Shown here: positions 19,923 to 28,203 of the stretch, piece after piece
How positions within the stretch are numbered: position 1 is the stretch's first letter
Layout: each line of letters opens with the position of its first letter
DNA from: an uncultured Alphaproteobacteria bacterium
GTDB taxonomy: Bacteria > Pseudomonadota > Alphaproteobacteria > UBA8366
Assembly (NCBI GenBank): GCA_963711215.1
Contig: CAVQDH010000002.1
Coordinates: 982,134-1,046,133, forward strand
DNA: 64,000 nt
Reading direction: 5' to 3'
Notes under the pieces: model-generated
The model's database searches: none
Told to the model about the DNA's origin: nothing
Seen by the model: only the letters and a program-made list of their open reading frames with translations
Translations under genes and position numbers: made by a program

Positions 19923-21794
19923 ATGCATCCGATAGACAGAATGATATTCACAAAAATGATACGGCTCCTTCGGAAAAAGCGTAAAGAATCCGAAGCGACC
20001 GACGATTTACTCTCGGTGGTAGAAATGATCGAGCCGACCGCACCCGCGCTCGACGTCCCGTCGTCTAAGGCCGGGGACGGCGCGGTTGACGCGGACGGAT
20101 CGCCCTATTTCGAGCCGTCGCTGAAGATTGTTTCTGCGGACGATGCGGATGCCTCGAAGGCCGCCGACGCACGGAACGGCGTGCCGCATCTCTCGGCGCG
20201 CGGCGCAAAGGAGCGGGATGAGGGCGCCAGGCCGATCCATCTCGAAGTGCACAATACCTCGGCCGATCGCGACACCCACACCTCGGGGCGCAAATCCAGG
20301 GATGGGGCGGACGGCGTGGCCGGCGGGTCAAGCGGCGCCGAAAAGGAGAGCGGTGAACGGACGGCGCGCGACTTCGATGAGGCAAATGACGAAGTGCGGA
20401 TGAAGGGCGCGCTGTTGCGCACCGTTGCTTTTCGCGAGACGAGCCTCGCAAAGATCGACGAAGAATCCGTCTCGAATCCTGCATTCAACATTTTCGCCAA
20501 TGCCCGGATGTGGCGCCATGACGAGCGCAACCTGAACTATTCGGGTGAAGTCGCGAAGCTCTATCGCGACGTGTTCACGCCGACGCGGCCGAAAAAGGAC
20601 TATCGGGATTTTTCCGGCCGCCGCGATACAATCGAGGCGATCATCCAGGCGGTCGAGGAAGAACGGTCGCATGTCGTCCTTCTCGGCGAGAAGAGCCTTG
20701 GCAAGACCTCGCTGATGAACATCATCGCAGAATGCGCGAAGGAAGCGGGTTATCTCGTTGCCCGAATGACGGGAACGGCGGACCTTACCTTCGAGCACTT
20801 CATCTTCGCCATTCTGGAGCAGTTCTCCGCGCGTATCGCCGAGACGCCGGTCAAGGATATCCTTCAGAAACGGCTCGGAACCGAAGACCTTTGCCAGCTG
20901 GTGGACCGGGAGCGTGAGCTCGATGTTCCCGCCGCGATCAAGATCTTCCAGCGCCTGACCGAGCATCAGGCGATCGTTCTGGTGGATGACTTTGAACGCA
21001 TCGAGAATGCCGAGCTGAAGACTCGGATCGGCGAACTGATGGGCGTGCTGTCGGATCAGGGCGCGTGGTTGTCGCTGCTGCTGTTCGGCCGCGCTTCCCG
21101 TGCGGGCGACATCCTGCCCGAGAGCTTCCAATCCTTGCCGAATGTCACGTGGATCAAACTGCAGCCGATGACCGATGAGGACGCCGCGCGCGTCATCGCG
21201 CGCGGCGTGTCGGCGGTGGGGGTTCAAATCGGTGACGAAGTGACCGAGTTGATCATCCGCTTGTCGCAAGGCATTCCAAGCGCTATTCAATGGCTTTGTC
21301 TTCTCGCAATCCGGCGCGCGACCCAGCGATACGCGTCGGAGGTTGAGATCCATGATCTCGCCGACGTGATCACGCTGGCGACCAGCAAGATCGATGCGAA
21401 ACTGAGCGCTTTCTACGATCAGGTCTGCGGCCCGACGCGCGGCAGCTGGGCCGATGACGTGCTTTACCTGGCGGTGCAGACGCCGTCGGATTCCAATGGT
21501 GTGTTCTCGACTGAAATGATGAGCCGGATTTCTTACGACGTCCTCGGCCGGTCCACGCTCGAGCTGCCGTTGCATTCGGCGCTCAGCCGGTTCACCGCGG
21601 AAGACGGCAAGCCGATCCTGGAGAAGGTATGGACGGCGAGCGGCACCTGCTACCGCTTCTTGAATCCGGCCATGCGCGCCATCGTCATGCTGAAGAACTG
21701 CGGCCGTCTGCCCCAGATGCCCGATAGCCTTCTCGAAGGCGCCCAGGAGATGGACCTCCTGCCGTCGCCGGGCGCAGCCCCCGGGGTCGCTTGA
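19923..21794 (+). CDS. orphan P-loop NTPase (AAA/Arch-ATPase-like) with a long acidic low-complexity N-terminus
   Basis: Intact 623-aa ORF. DFSGRRDTIEAIIQAVEEERSHVVLLGEKSLGKTSL carries Walker A (GxxxxGKT/S), and AIVLVDDFERI is Walker-B-like. About the first 200 aa are Asp/Ala/Gly/Ser/Arg-rich without recognisable motifs. The true start could be internal. Confidence 0.65.
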   Translation: MHPIDRMIFTKMIRLLRKKRKESEATDDLLSVVEMIEPTAPALDVPSSKAGDGAVDADGSPYFEPSLKIVSADDADASKAADARNGVPHLSARGAKERDEGARPIHLEVHNTSADRDTHTSGRKSRDGADGVAGGSSGAEKESGERTARDFDEANDEVRMKGALLRTVAFRETSLAKIDEESVSNPAFNIFANARMWRHDERNLNYSGEVAKLYRDVFTPTRPKKDYRDFSGRRDTIEAIIQAVEEERSHVVLLGEKSLGKTSLMNIIAECAKEAGYLVARMTGTADLTFEHFIFAILEQFSARIAETPVKDILQKRLGTEDLCQLVDRERELDVPAAIKIFQRLTEHQAIVLVDDFERIENAELKTRIGELMGVLSDQGAWLSLLLFGRASRAGDILPESFQSLPNVTWIKLQPMTDEDAARVIARGVSAVGVQIGDEVTELIIRLSQGIPSAIQWLCLLAIRRATQRYASEVEIHDLADVITLATSKIDAKLSAFYDQVCGPTRGSWADDVLYLAVQTPSDSNGVFSTEMMSRISYDVLGRSTLELPLHSALSRFTAEDGKPILEKVWTASGTCYRFLNPAMRAIVMLKNCGRLPQMPDSLLEGAQEMDLLPSPGAAPGVA

Positions 21795-21976
21795 TTCGCG
21801 GTTCGCAGCGGTTGATTCAACGAAAAGTTGAATAGCCAGCGGCCTAGAGCGTATAACCTGTTATCTAATTGTCACAGTCCCCGGCGCAATACCCGCCGGG
21901 GACGTTGAGCGTTTGTAAATCTCGGGAAACTTGGGGTAATGTGGCCTTTGCGTTTGTACTGGTTTGGGAAGGGGCT

Positions 21977-23314
21977 ATGTGGGGAAGTCTCGAGGGTGAG
22001 ATTTTGCGCGTCCGCGGTCAACGCGGGCAGCGTTTTTTTGCTGCGATCGGTCTAGGGATTGGGCTGCTCTATTACGGCGCGCCGAATGCCAGCGCTCAGA
22101 TCGCGCCAGATTATCAATACACGCCGGACGTGTTTCAGGACCAGATCCCGCGGGGAGAGACGGTGCGGACGCGGCAGCGTCCCGAGCTCGAGCCGCTTGG
22201 CCTGCATGTCGGCAGTTTCTTTATGTTCCCGAGCATAACGAACGGTATGACCTTTACGGACAACGTGTTCGCGACGGAAAGCCACAAGAAGAGCGACTTC
22301 ATCTACACGCTGGCGCCGGCATTCAACGTGAAGTCGGATTGGAACCAGCATTCGATTCAGCTCGCGGCGGGCGGCCAGCTCGGATTCCACTTCGATCAAA
22401 CGAGTGAAGATTACAAGGACGCCTTCGCATCGGCGGACGGCAGGCTGGACGTATCGTCGCATACGATCGTGCACGGCAAGCTTGCCCTCAATCGCGACCA
22501 CGAGGAGCGCGGCGACCCGAACGACGTCAATGGCAGCGAGCCGACGGTCTTCTACACCTACGCGGGCACGGTCGACGCAGCGCATCGGTTCAACCGGCTG
22601 ACGCTTTCCGCGGGCGGCGATATCCGCCGAATCGAGTACGACAATACGCCGGCGACCAACAATTCTACGATCGACAACAGCGATCGCGACCGAGTCGAAT
22701 ACCGGCCCGGCGTCAAGGCGGCCTATGAGTTCAGCCCCGGCTACTCCGGTTTCGTGCGCGCCGAAGGCGATATCCGTAAATACGACAAGTCCGTCGATAG
22801 CTCGGGTTTCAAGCGCAATTCCACGGGCTTCGACGTCGTTGGCGGTGCGGCGGTCGATCTGACCGGATTGTTGTTCGGCGATTTCTACGCCGGCATCCGG
22901 CAGCGGTATTTCGATGACGCGCGCTTCGATTCCATTACAGGGCCGGTCGTTGGCTCGACCCTGACCTGGATCCCGACCAGCCTGACGACGGTGAAGCTGC
23001 AGGTCGACAACCAGATCATCGAGTCGACCGGGGTCAATACCTCGGGCTACTCCAGCACCGGCCTGACGCTCGGCGTCGACCATGAGTTGCTCCGCAATCT
23101 CATCCTGACCGGGGCGCTGGGCGGCCGATACGATGATTTCGAGGGGATCAGCCGCACCGATAAATATTTGACCGGGACCGCCGGGGCCGACTATCTGTGG
23201 AACCGCTATCTGACCCTGAGCGGGCGGTACACGTTCACCAACCGGGACAGCAATGCCGCCGGCGCGGATTACACGAACAATCTCTTCTCGCTTTTCCTGA
23301 CCGCTCAGCTATAG
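21977..23314 (+). CDS. outer-membrane beta-barrel protein of polysaccharide-export loci
   Basis: ATG 21977 follows GGGAAGGGG. The signal peptide is ...FFAAIGLGIGLLYYGAPNASAQ. A long Gly/Asp/Tyr/Thr-rich alternating pattern is typical of beta strands, and the C-terminus is hydrophobic (NNLFSLFLTAQL). It sits directly upstream of the Wza/Wzc-like genes. Confidence 0.6.
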   Translation: MWGSLEGEILRVRGQRGQRFFAAIGLGIGLLYYGAPNASAQIAPDYQYTPDVFQDQIPRGETVRTRQRPELEPLGLHVGSFFMFPSITNGMTFTDNVFATESHKKSDFIYTLAPAFNVKSDWNQHSIQLAAGGQLGFHFDQTSEDYKDAFASADGRLDVSSHTIVHGKLALNRDHEERGDPNDVNGSEPTVFYTYAGTVDAAHRFNRLTLSAGGDIRRIEYDNTPATNNSTIDNSDRDRVEYRPGVKAAYEFSPGYSGFVRAEGDIRKYDKSVDSSGFKRNSTGFDVVGGAAVDLTGLLFGDFYAGIRQRYFDDARFDSITGPVVGSTLTWIPTSLTTVKLQVDNQIIESTGVNTSGYSSTGLTLGVDHELLRNLILTGALGGRYDDFEGISRTDKYLTGTAGADYLWNRYLTLSGRYTFTNRDSNAAGADYTNNLFSLFLTAQL

Positions 23315-23372
23315 GGCGGTGACGGCCCGGGCGCGTGAAACCGCCCCCGGGAGAGGCCCAAGGACGTTAACG

Positions 23373-23406
23373 ACGCCGACCGTCGATCGAAGACGGTCGG
23401 CGTTTT
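23373..23406 (+). terminator. rho-independent terminator after the OMP gene
   Basis: Perfect 12-bp stem ACGCCGACCGTC / GACGGTCGGCGT with a 7-nt loop, followed by TTTT. Confidence 0.65.
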
Positions 23407-23746
23407 GCCGCCTCGGGCCCGGCCTTGCCGGGAACGGGGGCGTTCCCGGGCGCCATGCCTGACCGGGCGCGCGGCCCAAAAAGACGTCTCCAGGGGCGGA
23501 CAGCGGCGTTTCCACCCAATAAATCATAGACAATCCGGAGTAATACCAAAGGTGCCGCGAACGCGCGGCCCTCTCCTTATTATAATTCAGGCGTCTAATC
23601 CGGTTGAGAAGAGCGTCCCGGCCAGTTTCATCCGGATGGGCGTGCAGCCGGTCACGCACGGCGCGGATTGCCGGCCCCGCTTAGGGGGCAATCGGCGGCG
23701 GCGAGCGGATGCGGCCTAAATGTGAAATTGTGATCGGGAGAATGCG

Positions 23747-24316
23747 ATGACAGGGATGTATAAGAGCGGAAAGATTGCGGCGATGAAAGCGATGGTGATC
23801 GCCGTCATTGCGATCATCGGCGCGCTGTCAGGCGGCCCGCTGGCGGCAGCCGACTCGGCCTATCTGTTGGGGAGCGGCGATAAGATCAAGATAACGGTTT
23901 TTGGCGAGCCCGATTTGACCGGCCCCTATGAAATCGACGGCTCGGGCGTCGTCGCCTTCCCGTTGATCGGGCAAGTGCATGCCGCGGGCGGCACGGCGCG
24001 CGATCTGGAGAAGCGCGTCGCGAAAAAGCTGAGCGAAGGCTATTTGAAGAATCCGACGGTCAACGTTGAAGTGCTCACATACCGGCCGTTCTTCATTTTG
24101 GGCGAAGTGAAGAATCCGGGAAGCTATCCCTATAAGAACGGCCTGAATGTGCTGAACGCGGTCGCGATGGCCGGCGGCTATACCTATCGCGCTAAATCAA
24201 ACGTTTGGATGGTCACACGGGCTGGCGACAAGAACCTCCAGGACCACGAGATCACGAACGGCGATTTCACCGTTCGCCCTGGTGACACGATTGTCGTTCC
24301 GGAGCGTTTCTTCTGA
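23747..24316 (+). CDS. polysaccharide export protein (Wza/ExoF-like, Poly_export plus SLBB)
   Basis: Intact 189-aa ORF with a signal peptide, then YLLGSGDKIKITVFGEPDLTGPYEIDGSGVVAFPLIGQVHAAGGTARDLEKRVAKKLSEGYLKNPTVNVEV..YRPFFILGEVKNPGSYPY. Confidence 0.85.
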   Translation: MTGMYKSGKIAAMKAMVIAVIAIIGALSGGPLAAADSAYLLGSGDKIKITVFGEPDLTGPYEIDGSGVVAFPLIGQVHAAGGTARDLEKRVAKKLSEGYLKNPTVNVEVLTYRPFFILGEVKNPGSYPYKNGLNVLNAVAMAGGYTYRAKSNVWMVTRAGDKNLQDHEITNGDFTVRPGDTIVVPERFF

Positions 24317-24321
24317 ACGGT

Positions 24322-24732
24322 GTGAGTCGCACGCCCGAAGCGAAGAAAAGTGGATAGCAACGGTGGCCGAAAGGAAATCGAGTCTCGAAGACTGCAGGAA
24401 ATCCGAAGCACAACGCCGATATTGGCTAGGTACTTTTTTAGTACCGCTTTTGCTCCTGTCGTAACAAAATTTTCTCTCGGTTATACAGGTATTAGAGCAA
24501 GGTAAATATTAAGATAAAAAAATTCGGAAACCGGCCGGTTTTGAAAAATGAAGCGCTGTGGATCTCCGGTAATGCATCGGTCTGCAGCAAGAAGGGTGAG
24601 TCGCGGTTCAACGTGCACAATCAACGCAAGCGAATCTCCACCAGTCGGCGCTTCGGCGCTCAAGGCGGGACATCACGATAGCGGATTGTACGTCGGATCG
24701 GAGTTGAAAATTTTTCGCAGCGGGTGAGTCGC
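24322..24732 (+). repeat. three copies of GTGAGTCGC in the wza-wzc spacer
   Basis: The 9-mer occurs at 24322-24330, 24596-24604 and 24724-24732. The last two copies share the 11-mer GGGTGAGTCGC. The third copy ends 4 nt before the ATG at 24737. Confidence 0.5.
24429..24452 (+). terminator. weak AT-rich hairpin after the wza-like gene
   Basis: GGTACT, loop TTTTT, AGTACC, followed by GCTTTTG. The stem is short (6 bp), so it is at most a partial terminator. Confidence 0.3.
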
Positions 24733-24736
24733 AGCA

Positions 24737-27118
24737 ATGCAAAGAAAGATTGCCTATCAGCCGAGCCAGGACGAGATCGCCGATCGGCCAATCATCGATG
24801 TGACGCCGGAGCCGGTCGATGAAGTGAACCTGCGCGATATTCTCGACCGGTTGCGCCGGCGGTGGCGCGTGATGGCCTGTATCGTCGGCGTGGTCCTCGT
24901 CATGACGCTGGGCTTCCTTTTCATCATGAAGCCGACCTACACGGCCAAGGGACAGATCCTGGTCGACAACCGGGCGAACCAGGTGACGAACATGCGTTCG
25001 GTGGTCGCCGGTCCGACGGCCGACATCACCGACGTACCGAACGAAGCCGAGATCCTGAAGTCCAATATTCTCGCCGGGCTGGTCGTCGAAGCGCTCGACC
25101 TTCAGAAGGATCCGGAATTCAATCCCACGCTCCTCGCCGCGAAGCTGGAGAAAGAGCCGGCGTGGAAGCGTGTCCTCGCCACGGTCGAGACCAAGATCAG
25201 AGACTTCCTGGCGTCGTCCAAGAAATCCGCCACGCCGCAGAACGAGAAACAGAAGGCGAAGACCGACGAGTGGCTGCAGCAGGTCAAGGTCGGCCAGATG
25301 CGCTCGAATATCAATGGGGCGTTCCTCAAGGACCTGACGATCACGACGGCGCAGAATACCCGCGTCATCGACGTCGATTTCGAGTCGAAGGATCCGGTAA
25401 AGGCCGCCAAGATCGTCAACGAGCTGATGCGGGTCTACCTGGAAAACCAGGTGCAGTATCAGAAGCGCGGTATGCAGAAGGCGACTGAGCGTCTGGAGAA
25501 AATCGTCGCCGAGCTCAAGGACGAGGTCCTCGCCGCGGAGAACGCGGTCCAGGATTTCCGCTCCAAGTCGCGGCTGATCGAGACGAAGGGTACCAGCGTT
25601 ACGGCGCAGCAGCTCGTCGAGCTGAACTCGCGGCTGGTTCAGGCGCGTGCGGAAGAGGCCGCCGCGGCTGCCCGTCTGTCGCAGGTTTCCCGGCTGCTGA
25701 AGGTGCCGGGCAGCATGGCCGCGGCGCCGGACGTTCTGACGTCTCCGATCATCCTTCGCCTGAAGGACCGGGAGACCGATCTGCAGCGCGAGATGTCCGA
25801 TCTCGCCACGCGCTATGGCCCAAAGCATCCGAAGATGATCAAGATGAAGGCCGAGCTGCGCGAGCTGCACGGCCGGATGACCGACGAGATCAACAAGGTC
25901 GTCGAGGGCCTGTCGAACGAGGTGGCCGTCGCTCGGGCGAAGCTTGCCGCCCTGAAGAGCGGACTTGGCAAGCTCGAGACCGACGCGATCGACGTCAATC
26001 AGCAGGAGATCAAGCTGCGCGAACTGGAGCGGGAAGCCGCATCCAAGCGCGAGCTGCATCAGACCTTCCTTATCCGTTTGCGTGAGACCAGCGCACGCCA
26101 GGAAATGATCGAGCCGATGGCCCGTATCGTGTCCTTTGCCGAGCCGCCGCGTGCGCCGTCTTTCCCGAAGCCGGTGAAGACGCTCGCGATTGCCACGATG
26201 CTGTCCACGCTGCTCGCGATTGCCGTGGCGCTCATCCTCGAGGCCTTGAGGCGGAATTTCGAGACCGCCGAAGAGGTCGAGAAGATCACCGGCCACCGCT
26301 GCCTGGGCGTCTTGCCGCGGACCCAGAAGCCGACCGCTCTGCTCGATAGCCAGCAGCGCCTGCGGCTGCTCAATCCCTACTCGCGGCTCAATCAGGCGAT
26401 CCAGAACATACGGTCGACGCTTTACCTCGAGAACGAGTCACGCCATCCGAAGACGTTGCTCGTCACCTCCGCGCTGCCGCGCGAAGGCAAGACGACCTTC
26501 GCCGCGTGGTACGCAAGCTTCTGCGCCAGCATGGGGCAGAAGGTTATCCTCATCGACAGTGATTTCGAGCGGCCGAAGATTCATCAGCTGCTGGAGGTTC
26601 AGAACGATGTGGGGCTTGCCAACATCTTCGCGGACGATCTCGACCTCAAGAGCGTCATTCGCACCGACCCGAAGTCCGGCATCAGCTTCATCACGGCCGG
26701 CAGCACGGAGGTGCGCGGCTCGCAGCTGATCGACTCCACGAAGATGCAGGAGATCCTCGACACCCTGTCCTGGGATTATGACCTGATCGTCATTGACTCG
26801 GCGCCTGTTCTTGCCCTGACCGATGCGCATATCATCGCCAAGCTGGTCGACAGCACCGTGTTCGTCCTGCAGTGGTGCCGCACGCGCCATGACATGGCCA
26901 TCGCGGCGGCGCGTCGGCTCCAGAGCATTGACGTGACGTCGATCGGCGGCTTCGTCCTGTCGCAGGTAAGCCCGCGGCGCAGCGCTGGGGTCATCGGATA
27001 TGCGCCCTATATCAGTGACGACGCGTCCATGGAATCGGCGCTGCAGCGTTATCTCCGCCGCTTCGGCTTCAAGCCGGCCATGGAACGGCCAGTGCAGGCG
27101 CCCCGGCTCGAGGTCTGA
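24737..27118 (+). CDS. polysaccharide co-polymerase / BY-kinase-like protein (Wzc/ExoP/GumC family)
   Basis: Intact 793-aa ORF. It has an N-terminal Wzz/GumC-type region with a TM segment (MACIVGVVLVMTLGFLFI), a long coiled-coil periplasmic region and a second TM. The C-terminal P-loop domain carries TSALPREGKTTFAAW, VILIDSDFERP and DLIVIDSAPVLALTDA. The C-terminal tail has only a few Tyr residues. Confidence 0.85.
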   Translation: MQRKIAYQPSQDEIADRPIIDVTPEPVDEVNLRDILDRLRRRWRVMACIVGVVLVMTLGFLFIMKPTYTAKGQILVDNRANQVTNMRSVVAGPTADITDVPNEAEILKSNILAGLVVEALDLQKDPEFNPTLLAAKLEKEPAWKRVLATVETKIRDFLASSKKSATPQNEKQKAKTDEWLQQVKVGQMRSNINGAFLKDLTITTAQNTRVIDVDFESKDPVKAAKIVNELMRVYLENQVQYQKRGMQKATERLEKIVAELKDEVLAAENAVQDFRSKSRLIETKGTSVTAQQLVELNSRLVQARAEEAAAAARLSQVSRLLKVPGSMAAAPDVLTSPIILRLKDRETDLQREMSDLATRYGPKHPKMIKMKAELRELHGRMTDEINKVVEGLSNEVAVARAKLAALKSGLGKLETDAIDVNQQEIKLRELEREAASKRELHQTFLIRLRETSARQEMIEPMARIVSFAEPPRAPSFPKPVKTLAIATMLSTLLAIAVALILEALRRNFETAEEVEKITGHRCLGVLPRTQKPTALLDSQQRLRLLNPYSRLNQAIQNIRSTLYLENESRHPKTLLVTSALPREGKTTFAAWYASFCASMGQKVILIDSDFERPKIHQLLEVQNDVGLANIFADDLDLKSVIRTDPKSGISFITAGSTEVRGSQLIDSTKMQEILDTLSWDYDLIVIDSAPVLALTDAHIIAKLVDSTVFVLQWCRTRHDMAIAAARRLQSIDVTSIGGFVLSQVSPRRSAGVIGYAPYISDDASMESALQRYLRRFGFKPAMERPVQAPRLEV

Positions 27119-27521
27119 CGAGGGCTTGATGACGCGCGGGGGTCTCTCTGGGGCCTCCGCGCGCATTGCCCTTCCAGGAGGGCGGCTGGGGCTCCGGCTG
27201 CCATAACGCCGGATGTTCGATGGCCTCGCCTCTCTGACCGGCCGCCGCGGCGTTTACGCATAACTCTTTGATTTACATATATTTTAGGCGATTAACCAAC
27301 CGAGATACGGCTTTCGGTCTAGACCTTTCGTACTAAAAAACTGCCGAGAATTTAGATAAAAAGCTGTAATCTCAAATTCGTCCTAATTACTCCTTAATCT
27401 GAATCCATCCCCTTTTGATCATCCTCTAAGATACCTCCACTGGATGAGGTAAGCAGCTATTTGGGGAAGACACTTAGTCACGGCAGCTTACTTCGAAATA
27501 TGGGGTATACGGGGTGTTATC

Positions 27522-28145
27522 ATGGATTCTGTTACCGTCGGTCTGATCAGCAACGACCAGTTCTTTCGCGAAGGTCTCAACGCGCTTCTGAGCGAAGACG
27601 GCTACGAGGTTACGGGTAGCGTCAGCGACCATCGCGAGCTTACGGCGGTTGTCCCCGCCGAAAAGACGCCGGTGCTCGTGCTGGTGGACCTCGCCCGTGA
27701 GATCGAGCCCGCAGCCGACCAGCTTCGCTTCCTGTCGAATAATTTGCCCGGCGTGATGATCGTCGGCTTCAGCGACGAGAACGACGCAAACTGGGTCGGA
27801 ATTTGCGACGACTACGATGTCAGCGCGCTGCTGCAGAAGCAGGTTTCATTCAAGGCCTTGCTGCATTGCCTCGAGCTGGTGCTCATGGGCGAGAAGGTCA
27901 TGCCGACCGGCTTCGAGCGCGCACCGCGGGAGAAGTCTGAAAGCCCGCGCCCGTGTTCCCATTCTCATTCCCATGATCATCATGCGCGCGCCCGCGCCAA
28001 CCGCCCGCATGGTGAGACCATTCCGTGTATGACATGCGGCCGTCCATTCGAAACCGAGGACCGGCGCGCCAACCGGATTTGTTCGAGCTGCAAATCGCGC
28101 ATATCGCGCGTCAGCGGCGCGACCGAGCATACGCTCCACTATTGA
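27522..28145 (+). CDS. atypical receiver-domain protein with His-rich linker and C-terminal CxxC...CxxC zinc ribbon; no HTH
   Basis: Intact 207-aa ORF. The NarL-type REC scaffold is present (FFREGLNALL, VLVLVDL, IVGFSDE, LLQK), but the usual DD acidic pair is replaced by SN. After it come SHSHSHDHH and then PCMTCGRPFETEDRRANRICSSCKSR. Confidence 0.6.
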   Translation: MDSVTVGLISNDQFFREGLNALLSEDGYEVTGSVSDHRELTAVVPAEKTPVLVLVDLAREIEPAADQLRFLSNNLPGVMIVGFSDENDANWVGICDDYDVSALLQKQVSFKALLHCLELVLMGEKVMPTGFERAPREKSESPRPCSHSHSHDHHARARANRPHGETIPCMTCGRPFETEDRRANRICSSCKSRISRVSGATEHTLHY

Positions 28146-28148
28146 CGG

Positions 28149-28157
28149 CCCCCCCCC
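28149..28157. repeat. poly-C(9) tract
   Basis: Nine consecutive C residues begin 4 nt after the stop codon of the receiver-like gene, in the 58-bp spacer between convergent genes. Confidence 0.8.
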
Positions 28158-28203
28158 TTCGCCGTCGAAAGCGACGCCGGGCTGCGGTTTCCGTGGCCCG
28201 GCG

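Noticed and set aside
19923-21794. Interpreting the orphan P-loop NTPase as a STAND/AAA-type anti-phage defence gene
   Set aside because: There is no adjacent nuclease, TIR, protease or other effector gene and no mobile-element context. The neighbours are polysaccharide export genes. I keep it as an open question rather than a defence call.
24282-24663. 60-aa ORFs on both strands in the wza-wzc spacer, and a 45-codon ATG ORF near 24548
   Set aside because: One overlaps the end of the wza-like gene out of frame. The others have no RBS and implausible composition. The region is better explained as regulatory.
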